Both the position numbers and the translations under genes were made by a program. Positions 57,217 to 64,000 of a DNA stretch of 64,000 nt are shown here, in pieces (within the stretch, counting starts at the first letter, position 1; every line of letters starts with the position of its first letter). The notes below the pieces were generated by a model, which was not told the origin of the DNA, made no database searches, and saw only the letters and a program-made list of their open reading frames with translations. This DNA is from an uncultured delta proteobacterium (GTDB lineage Bacteria; Myxococcota_A; Polyangia; Polyangiales; B10-G4), in contig CAVSGI010000027.1 in NCBI GenBank assembly GCA_963727445.1, forward strand, positions 320,001-384,000, read 5' to 3'.

Positions 57217-58107
57217 TCAGTGCGGCGCTCCCTCGACCGCGTCGACCCCGGCGAAGGTGAAGCCAGCGGAGAGCGCGCTGCACGTGCCCGCCGCCGGATC
57301 GAGATCGGCCTGCGCGGAGAGGATGATGCCCGCGAGGTCCGCCATCTCGGGCTTCATCGCGGTCACCGCGGCCTCGAGCACCGCCACCTGGACCTTGCCG
57401 CCGATCACGCCGTCTTCGATGCGGGTCTCGGAGATGGAGGCGCTGAGGCGCGCCTCCTCGATGACCACCGGCACCGCCGGCTCGACGATCGTCAGCTCAC
57501 TCTCGAAGCGGACGGGATCGGTCTCGAGGCGTCCACCGACGATGCGGCCGCTGACGTCGGCGAGGTAGCGGGTGTCGTAGAGCTGACCCGCGGCGGGGCG
57601 GCCGTCGGCGCCGAGCTCGGGTGCGCCGCCGGCCGGGAGATAGCCGAGGCCGAGACTCACGTTCACGCAGTCGTCATCCACGAAGTCGTCGACGTTGCGA
57701 ACCTGCGCGACGACCGCGAAGGTGCCTTCTTCGATCGCGTCGGTCATGCCCTGATTGATGTCGATGCTCCCGCGGATGTCCCTCGCCAGGAGCGCGAGCT
57801 GGTTGTCGATGCCGGAGGCGCCGTCGGGCGAGACGAAATCCGCGTGGCCGCAGCCCGCGGCGTCGCCCTCCGCGCTGGTGACGCCGTCGATGTCGAAGCC
57901 CTGCATGAGACCGGCGGGGTCGGGCTCGGGCACGGACACGTCGTTGATGAGATAGAAGTAGCTCTCCCCGGTGTCACAGGAGAGCGCCCCACCGGAGCCG
58001 CCCGTTCCGCTGGCGCCAGGGCCGGGGGCCCCATTGTCGGCTGCGCAACCCACGAGGCCGGCCAGGGACAGGACGATCGCGGCGAAGAGGTGAGTCGTGA
58101 GGCGCAT
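57217..58107 (-). CDS. Hypothetical myxobacterial lipoprotein
   Basis: MRLTTHLFAAIVLSLAGLVGC; GFDIDG...GCG..D...GIDNQL. Confidence 0.7.
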   Translation of the reverse strand: MRLTTHLFAAIVLSLAGLVGCAADNGAPGPGASGTGGSGGALSCDTGESYFYLINDVSVPEPDPAGLMQGFDIDGVTSAEGDAAGCGHADFVSPDGASGIDNQLALLARDIRGSIDINQGMTDAIEEGTFAVVAQVRNVDDFVDDDCVNVSLGLGYLPAGGAPELGADGRPAAGQLYDTRYLADVSGRIVGGRLETDPVRFESELTIVEPAVPVVIEEARLSASISETRIEDGVIGGKVQVAVLEAAVTAMKPEMADLAGIILSAQADLDPAAGTCSALSAGFTFAGVDAVEGAPH

Positions 58108-58208
58108 GGGCTTTCTCCTGGCCCCGACAACGAGCAACCCACGTGCCACCGGGCTACCCCCCCTTTCGTCAGGAGATGTCGGGTCGAGCCTGGCTACCGC
58201 GCTTGCCG

Positions 58209-59600
58209 TCAGCGCCGCTCGTGGGCACGCATCGGCAGCCCACCCCGTGGCCGAATGGTGATGGTGGGGATCATGCCGATCGGGCCGCGTTCGGCGCGTT
58301 CGAAGCGACAGCGCGACAACAGGACGGCGAGGATCGTCACCATCTCGAGGATGGCGAAGTGCTCGCCGATGCAGATGCGTCTCCCGCCGCCGAAGGGGAA
58401 GTAGCGATGGCGCTGAGCGCGCTTGACCGCGGCTTCGTCGGCGAAGCGCGCGGGGTCGAAGCGATCGGGCTCTTCCCAGAACGCGGGTTGCCGGTGGCTG
58501 GTGTAGGGGCTGAGGATGACGACGGTGCCGGGGGGCAGTACCCACTCGCGGCAGGGGTATTCCTCGACGACGAGGCGCGCGGTGTTCCAGACCGGAGGCA
58601 GGAGCCGGAGAGATTCGTTCACGACCTGACGCAGGTAGGTCAGCTCGGCGAGGCGTTCGGGGGTCGGGGCCTTTCCGCCGAGGACGCGATCGATCTCCTC
58701 GACGGCCGCGCGCTCCGCCTCCGGATTCTCCGCGAGGAGATAGAGCGTCCACGCGAGACCGTTGGCCGTCGTCTCGTGGCCCGCGAGGAAGAGGGTCAAG
58801 ACCTCGTCGCGCACCTGGGCGTCGGTGAGCTGACCGCCGTCGCCCTCTTCGTCCTGCGCGGCGAGGAGACGCGAGAGCAGATCGTCGGGGCGGTCCGGGT
58901 CGGCGCGACGCGCTTCGATCTGAGCGTAGATGAGCGAGTCGAGGTAGCGCTTGGCGCGACGAAAGCGGAGGTGCGCCGGCAGAGGAAGCCATTCGAAGTG
59001 GCGGTACATCGGCACGCTCAGCCGGGCGACGAGCCGCAGCCCGTCCTCGAGGGCGCGCCCAATCCGCGCGGTCTCGCCCGCCACGTCCCCGTGAAAGAGC
59101 ACGCGGGCGATGATCGAGAGCGCCAGCGCGCCGAGCTCCTCGGCGACGTTCACCACCTCGCCCTTCGCGATGGCGTCGACGTGACGCGTGGTCTCCTGCA
59201 CCATCGTCTCGACGTAGCGCGGCAGCTCTTTGGGCTGAAAGAGCGGCGCGAGCATGCGCCGCGCGCGCATGTGCTCTTCGCCTTCGCTCGTGAGCAGGCC
59301 GTTGCCGACGACGCGACCGGCGGCTTTGAGCGCCCGGCCCTTTTCGAAGCAGCGGGCGCGGGTGGTGTAGACGTCGCGGACGAGCTCGGGGTCGGTGGTG
59401 AGGACCACCTCTTGGCCGCCGAGGCGATAGCGGATGAGATCGCCGTATTCGGCGACCCAGCGCAGCTGCGATCCGAGGGGGTCGCGGGCGTAGGTGAGGA
59501 GGTTTCCGACGACGGGCAGTCCGGGCGGGCCAGGCATCGACGCGAGGGAGCCGTCGGTGCGACTCAGGCTGGTTCCTCGGCTTGGCTCTTCTCCGTGCAT
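58209..59600 (-). CDS. Cytochrome P450
   Basis: AGHETT, ESLR (ExxR), PDRFDP, FGGGRRICIG heme-Cys motif. Confidence 0.95.
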   Translation of the reverse strand: MHGEEPSRGTSLSRTDGSLASMPGPPGLPVVGNLLTYARDPLGSQLRWVAEYGDLIRYRLGGQEVVLTTDPELVRDVYTTRARCFEKGRALKAAGRVVGNGLLTSEGEEHMRARRMLAPLFQPKELPRYVETMVQETTRHVDAIAKGEVVNVAEELGALALSIIARVLFHGDVAGETARIGRALEDGLRLVARLSVPMYRHFEWLPLPAHLRFRRAKRYLDSLIYAQIEARRADPDRPDDLLSRLLAAQDEEGDGGQLTDAQVRDEVLTLFLAGHETTANGLAWTLYLLAENPEAERAAVEEIDRVLGGKAPTPERLAELTYLRQVVNESLRLLPPVWNTARLVVEEYPCREWVLPPGTVVILSPYTSHRQPAFWEEPDRFDPARFADEAAVKRAQRHRYFPFGGGRRICIGEHFAILEMVTILAVLLSRCRFERAERGPIGMIPTITIRPRGGLPMRAHERR

Positions 59601-59808
59601 GGACGCGGCTTGAGTCTATCGACGATGGGCCACCGTCCAACAGCTGCACGCCCGCCCCCCGATCCGCCCACCCTCGCTCCCTGCCCTCCGCATCGGGGAC
59701 GAACCTCACCCTCTCGCTCTTTGTCCATAAACATTCGTAATCGTTGGGGACAAAGCAAAAGGCCGCTGTCCGTCCCCGTCGGGTATGGGATTTGCGGTAG
59801 AAGGCGGC

Positions 59809-61176
59809 GTGCGGTTGTTTTGGGCTTTGTCGTTGGTGTTGGTGGCGGGCTGCCTCGGGCAGGTCGAGGACGAGGACGTCGGGGCGAGCGCCTCGAATCT
59901 GACCTCGGCGCAGCGCCGGACTCGCGCCGGCATGATCCGGGACGCGGCGGCGGCGCGTGGGCTCGAGCAGGGCTGGCTTCTGGCGGGCATCGCCGACGCC
60001 GAGACCTCGATGAGCCATTGCTGGTCGGAGCTGACCTGGGCGTGCCGGGGGCCGACCTCCCCGGATTGCGGCGGCGGGCCCATCGTGGCCGGCGCCGGTG
60101 ACGGCGCGTGCTCGCTCCGCCAGGGCGGCCTCGGCATGTTCCAGTTCGACGCCGGCACCTACGACCAGACCCTCGCCCGCGAAGGCGACCGCATCCTCAC
60201 CATCTCCGGCAACACCGACGCCGCCGTCGACTTCGTCATCGCCATGGTGATCCGTTCGACCTTCATCAGCGGGGTCGACAACGCAACCCAGGCGCTCGAC
60301 TGGATGAACGGCGTCCGACCCGACAACGGCCGCATGGACCAGTGGGCTCAGACCGTCACCCGCTATTACAACGGTTGCAGCCCGACATCCTCGTGCTGGT
60401 CGTCGCGCTATCCGCGCTACCGCGACCACGCCACCAACGTCTACTCGGAGATGGGCGCCGACTTCTGGAACGCCGCCCCCGACTTCGCCGCCACCTACGT
60501 CGAACAGTCCTTCCCCCTCGCCCGCGATCCTTTCGAGCTCGCGCCCGGTGAGGAGAGCTCCGGCTACATCGACCTGCGCAACGCTGGCGGCGAGACGTGG
60601 GAGCCCGGCTTCACCTTCCTCGGCACCACCGAGCCCCGCGACGCCCCGAGCGCCCTCGCCGGCCCCGACTGGATCAACGATCACCGCGCCGCCACCGTCG
60701 ACGCCACCGTCGCGCCGGGCGAGGTCGGTCGCTTCGCCTTCACCGTCCGCGCTCCCGACACCCCGGGCGACTACCCGCAGTACTTCAACCTGGTCGAAGA
60801 AGGCGTGGCCTGGTTCTCGGACCAGGGCGGCCCCGTCGACGCGCAGCTCCAGATCCGCGTCACCGTCCTCGACGTGCCGCCGGTCGACACGCCGACCGAC
60901 CCGACCACGCCGACCGACCCGACCACGCCGACCGACCCCACCAATCCCACCACCACCGAGATGCCCCCCGATGGCGGCGCGACGCCCCCGCCGGCGGCCC
61001 TCGGTCCTTCCTCCGGCGACATCTCCGGCGGATGCAGCGCCACCGGCGCTCCCGACGCCGCGCTCTGGATGCTCTTCGCTCCGCTGGTGCTCTTCGTGCG
61101 CCGTCGCCGTCAGGGCGTATCCTCCCGCCCATGCCGGAACGTGAACGCATCTGGACCGGGGAGCGCTTCTACCTAG
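59809..61176 (+). CDS. Surface protein: lysozyme/SLT-like N-domain, Ig-like domain, Pro/Thr linker, MYXO-CTERM-like tail
   Basis: Lipobox LVAGC; AET, GLGMFQ and YYNG motifs; VAPGEVGRFAF...PGDY..YFNLV; GGCSA...TM...RRRR. Confidence 0.7.
   Translation: MRLFWALSLVLVAGCLGQVEDEDVGASASNLTSAQRRTRAGMIRDAAAARGLEQGWLLAGIADAETSMSHCWSELTWACRGPTSPDCGGGPIVAGAGDGACSLRQGGLGMFQFDAGTYDQTLAREGDRILTISGNTDAAVDFVIAMVIRSTFISGVDNATQALDWMNGVRPDNGRMDQWAQTVTRYYNGCSPTSSCWSSRYPRYRDHATNVYSEMGADFWNAAPDFAATYVEQSFPLARDPFELAPGEESSGYIDLRNAGGETWEPGFTFLGTTEPRDAPSALAGPDWINDHRAATVDATVAPGEVGRFAFTVRAPDTPGDYPQYFNLVEEGVAWFSDQGGPVDAQLQIRVTVLDVPPVDTPTDPTTPTDPTTPTDPTNPTTTEMPPDGGATPPPAALGPSSGDISGGCSATGAPDAALWMLFAPLVLFVRRRRQGVSSRPCRNVNASGPGSAST
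60888..60955 (+). repeat. 18-bp coding tandem repeat (TPTDPT linker)
   Basis: cacgccgaccgacccgac repeated ~3 times. Confidence 0.75.
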
Positions 61177-61643
61177 ACGCCGTGGAGGTGCCGCTGCGTG
61201 GCGGGGGCATCAAGAAGAAGGACATGCTCGGTCACCCCGGCGCCGTCGCGCTGGTGGCGGTGACCGACGAGGGCCGCTTCGTCCTCATCCAGAACCACCG
61301 CTTCGCCGTGGAAGAGACGCTGTGGGAGATCCCTGCCGGCACGCTCGAGCCGGGCGAGGATCCCCGCGACTGCGCCGCGCGCGAGCTGGTGGAGGAGACC
61401 GGCTATCGTGCGGCTGAGCTCGAGCCCCTGGTCGAGTTCTTCACGGCGCCCGGCTTCTGCAACGAGCGGATGCACGTCTACGTCGCCACCGGCCTCGAGC
61501 ACGTCGGCCAGAAGCTCGAGCCGTCCGAGCAGATCACCGTGCACCTTCTGACGGAATCGGAGATCCGCACGCGCCTCAGGGACGGTACGATTCAGGACGG
61601 CAAGACCCTCGCGTCCCTCTACCGCTACCTAGACCGAAGGTAA
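61131..61643 (+). CDS. NUDIX hydrolase (ADP-ribose pyrophosphatase-like)
   Basis: HPGAV, EIPAG...AARELVEETG Nudix box, TAPGFCNE. Confidence 0.9.
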   Translation: MPERERIWTGERFYLDAVEVPLRGGGIKKKDMLGHPGAVALVAVTDEGRFVLIQNHRFAVEETLWEIPAGTLEPGEDPRDCAARELVEETGYRAAELEPLVEFFTAPGFCNERMHVYVATGLEHVGQKLEPSEQITVHLLTESEIRTRLRDGTIQDGKTLASLYRYLDRR

Positions 61644-61647
61644 TCCG

Positions 61648-62865
61648 TTGAAGCTCGCCATCCTCTCCTGCAGCCCGAACTGTTACAGCACGCGTCGCCT
61701 TCACGACGCGGCCGCTGGCCGCGGCCACGAAGTCGACGTCCTCGACACCCTCAAGTTCTCCATCGACCTGGCCGAAGGTGCGCCGGACCTGTACTACCTG
61801 CAGGAGCCGCTCGATCACTACGACGCAGTCCTGCCGCGCATAGGTGCCTCCATCACCTACTTCGGCACCGCCGTGGTTCGGCAGTGCGAGCAGATGGACA
61901 TCTTCTCGGCGAACTCCTCGGCCGGCATCGCGAACTCACGCGACAAGCTGCGCAGCCTCCAGGTCTTGAGCAAGCACCGCATCGGAATCCCTCAGACGAC
62001 CTTCGTCCGCGACCGCAAGGACGTGCTGCCTGCCATCGAGCGCGTCGGGGGCGCGCCCGTCATCATCAAGCTGCTCGAGGGCACCCAGGGCATCGGCGTC
62101 CTGTTGGCCGAGACCGTGAAGTCGGCCGAAGCCATCATCGAGCTGCTGCAGAGCCAGAAGCAGAACGTGCTCATCCAGAAGTTCGTCGCCGAGAGCAAGG
62201 GCAAGGACATCCGTGCCTTCGTCGTGGGCGACCGCGTCGTCGCCGCCATGCGCCGCGTCGCGCAGGGCGAGGAGTTTCGCAGCAACGTGCACCGGGGCGG
62301 CGTCACCGACCAGATCGAGCTCGACGAGCGCTACCGTGAGACGGCCGTGCGCGCGGCGCAGATCCTCGGCCTGCGCGTCGCCGGCGTCGACATGCTCGAG
62401 GCAGCGGATGGGCCGCAGATCATGGAGGTGAATTCCTCCCCCGGCCTCGAGGGCATCGAGACCTGCACGCAGCTCGACATCGCCGGCGCCGTCATCGACT
62501 ACATCGCCGCCCAGGTCGACTTCCCAGAGCTCGACCTCCGGCAGCGCCTGACGGTGAGCCGCGGCTATGGCGTCGCCGAGCTCTACATCCGCGAAGGCTC
62601 GGAGTACGTCGGGAAGTCCCTCAAGGACTCGGGGCTACGCGAGCGCGACATCAACGTGCTGACGCTGCATCGAAGCGGCACGGTCATCTCCAACCCGCGC
62701 TCTGACCGCGTCCTCGAAGCGGACGACCGCCTGCTCTGTTTTGGCAAGCTCGAGCTGATGCGTGACATGGTCCCCGAGCGCGCCCGCCGCCGGCGCCGCC
62801 CTCCCCTCAAGGGCCTCCCCTCCGACGTCCCCGGCGCAGACAGCGAGCCCGACGGCGACATCTGA
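61648..62865 (+). CDS. rimK: RimK family alpha-L-glutamate ligase with C-terminal TrkA-C-like domain
   Basis: YSTRRL, LPRIGASITYFG, KLLEGTQGIGV, FRSNVHRGG, EVNSSPGLEGIE; C-terminal VGKSL...NP...LEADDRL. Confidence 0.9.
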   Translation: MKLAILSCSPNCYSTRRLHDAAAGRGHEVDVLDTLKFSIDLAEGAPDLYYLQEPLDHYDAVLPRIGASITYFGTAVVRQCEQMDIFSANSSAGIANSRDKLRSLQVLSKHRIGIPQTTFVRDRKDVLPAIERVGGAPVIIKLLEGTQGIGVLLAETVKSAEAIIELLQSQKQNVLIQKFVAESKGKDIRAFVVGDRVVAAMRRVAQGEEFRSNVHRGGVTDQIELDERYRETAVRAAQILGLRVAGVDMLEAADGPQIMEVNSSPGLEGIETCTQLDIAGAVIDYIAAQVDFPELDLRQRLTVSRGYGVAELYIREGSEYVGKSLKDSGLRERDINVLTLHRSGTVISNPRSDRVLEADDRLLCFGKLELMRDMVPERARRRRRPPLKGLPSDVPGADSEPDGDI

Positions 62866-62918
62866 AGGCGCTCGAGCGGCCAAGACCACCGAGCGCGCTC
62901 GCACGTCTCCAACCTGTC

Positions 62919-63470
62919 ATGCCTTGCTTCTTCCTCGTCGCGTTGCTGCTGTCGTCCTGCGGGTCGAGCGGCGCGTCGGTCTCGGCGAACGACCCGAGCG
63001 CCAGCGCCGCGCCCGACGAAACACCGAGCGAGAGCGCCTTCAACCCCGACCGCGTCGACCCAGTCGAGCGCGCGCGCGCGGGCGGATGGGCGGGCGAAGG
63101 CCTCGAAGCCCCGCCGAGCTACTGCGACGAGGGGGGCGGAACCGAGTGGTGTGAGGGGCACGCCGACGACGATTGCGACGGGGTCGTCGACGAAGGCTGC
63201 GCCGACTGCGTCACCCAAAGGTGCGTTCGTTACGAGATCAGCGACGAAGAGATGCGCCGGGGCACTGGCAAGGCGGGGCCAGGCGAATGCGTGGGGCCGG
63301 TGTATTGCGGTCGCGTCGATGGCGTCGCGGACACCTCGCCGCCCGGAGGCTGCGGCGACTTCCATTGCGGAACGCTGATCTTCGCCGACCGAACCGCACA
63401 GCCCTACCACTGCACCATCCGCGGCCGCTGCGTCGACGGCGCGTTCGTCCCGGAAGGCTTCAGCTGGTGA
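62919..63470 (+). CDS. Cys-rich lipoprotein with DDDCDGVVDEGC metal-binding-type motif
   Basis: Lipobox LLSSC; MopE-like repeat motif. Confidence 0.6.
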   Translation: MPCFFLVALLLSSCGSSGASVSANDPSASAAPDETPSESAFNPDRVDPVERARAGGWAGEGLEAPPSYCDEGGGTEWCEGHADDDCDGVVDEGCADCVTQRCVRYEISDEEMRRGTGKAGPGECVGPVYCGRVDGVADTSPPGGCGDFHCGTLIFADRTAQPYHCTIRGRCVDGAFVPEGFSW

Positions 63471-64000
63471 GGACGGGCCCGCTCCGCCCCGTCGCGGCCC
63501 TGCTGCTCCTCGCGCTTCACGGATGCGGCGGCGCCTCCGCCCCGCCCGAGACCGCCCGCAGCGGAGGCGCGGGCGAAAACGAAACCGGTGATGGCAGCGA
63601 GGGTCACGTGACCTCCTCATCGGCCTGCGCCCCACCGCCCCAGCCCGAGCATCCGAGCTACACCTCGGACGCCCTCACCCTCGAGCTCGAGGAGCGCGGC
63701 GGCCCCCGCACCCTCGGCATCCCCGTCCCGCCATTCCAGTTCGAGGTGAGCACCACCGAGGACCTCCCAGGCTCGGTGGAGATGGAGCTCACCATCTACG
63801 ACCCGGACGGCCACACCCACGTCCAGCGCTTCCGCTACCACAACATGGAGGAAGCCTGTGATCCCTACTGCCTCCCGGCTGGCCCCATCAACGACTGCCG
63901 GCCCCGCCGATGCTGGATGGAGCGCTCCCGTCCGCGTCCCATTCGTATCGACCCCTCGGTCTACGAGAGCCGCACTCCGGGGACCTGGACCTTCGTGCTC
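63467..64000 (+). CDS. Hypothetical lipoprotein, partial (runs off window)
   Basis: Translated by hand: GTG overlapping previous stop, VRTGPLRPVAALLLLALHGC, open to 64000; absent from the ORF track because no stop lies in the window. Confidence 0.6.
   Translation, partial: MRTGPLRPVAALLLLALHGCGGASAPPETARSGGAGENETGDGSEGHVTSSSACAPPPQPEHPSYTSDALTLELEERGGPRTLGIPVPPFQFEVSTTEDLPGSVEMELTIYDPDGHTHVQRFRYHNMEEACDPYCLPAGPINDCRPRRCWMERSRPRPIRIDPSVYESRTPGTWTFVL

Noticed and set aside
59719..59755. ctttgtcc-N21-ggacaaag inverted repeat in the P450 divergent promoter region
   Set aside because: Short arms with a long spacer could be chance; no supporting evidence.
57217..60684. 1155-aa minus-strand ORF
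   Set aside because: Only the last 296 aa (from 58107) look real; the rest overlaps the P450 out of frame and the surface protein antisense.

Overview
GC-rich bacterial chromosome segment, most likely Myxococcota (Polyangiales/Sandaracinaceae-like). This is inferred from MYXO-CTERM tails, a GKAD-motif lipoprotein and many Cys-rich lipoproteins. Contents in order: 3' end of rnj; a metalloprotease-like lipoprotein; dCMP deaminase; the tig-clpP-clpX-lon operon followed by REP-like repeats; darP/yjgA; an HNH gene bracketed by three copies of the palindrome core CTTTCCGCGCGGAAAG and preceded by a hairpin-rich ~310-nt leader; an M48 protease; tRNA-Val(TAC); a TetR-RND efflux operon; an adenylate cyclase; a five-gene MoxR/DUF58/VWA operon; an ECF sigma factor divergent from a pseudokinase; a stand-alone archaeal-type ThrRS editing domain; DUF2330; a PLD-family lipoprotein; a ~12.5-kb lipid/acyl-amide biosynthetic cluster (SDR, FAAL, two FabH-like KS, two ACP, carboxyltransferase, GH3 ligase, desaturase, acyltransferase, MFS, degenerate adenylating enzyme); mlaDFE; a P450; a lysozyme-like surface protein; NUDIX; rimK. 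The two best novelty candidates are the FAAL/KASIII/ACP/GH3 cluster and the palindrome-flanked HNH element. Four genes carry apparent +1 frameshifts that look like sequencing errors. All family calls come from recognising motifs by eye, not from database searches.
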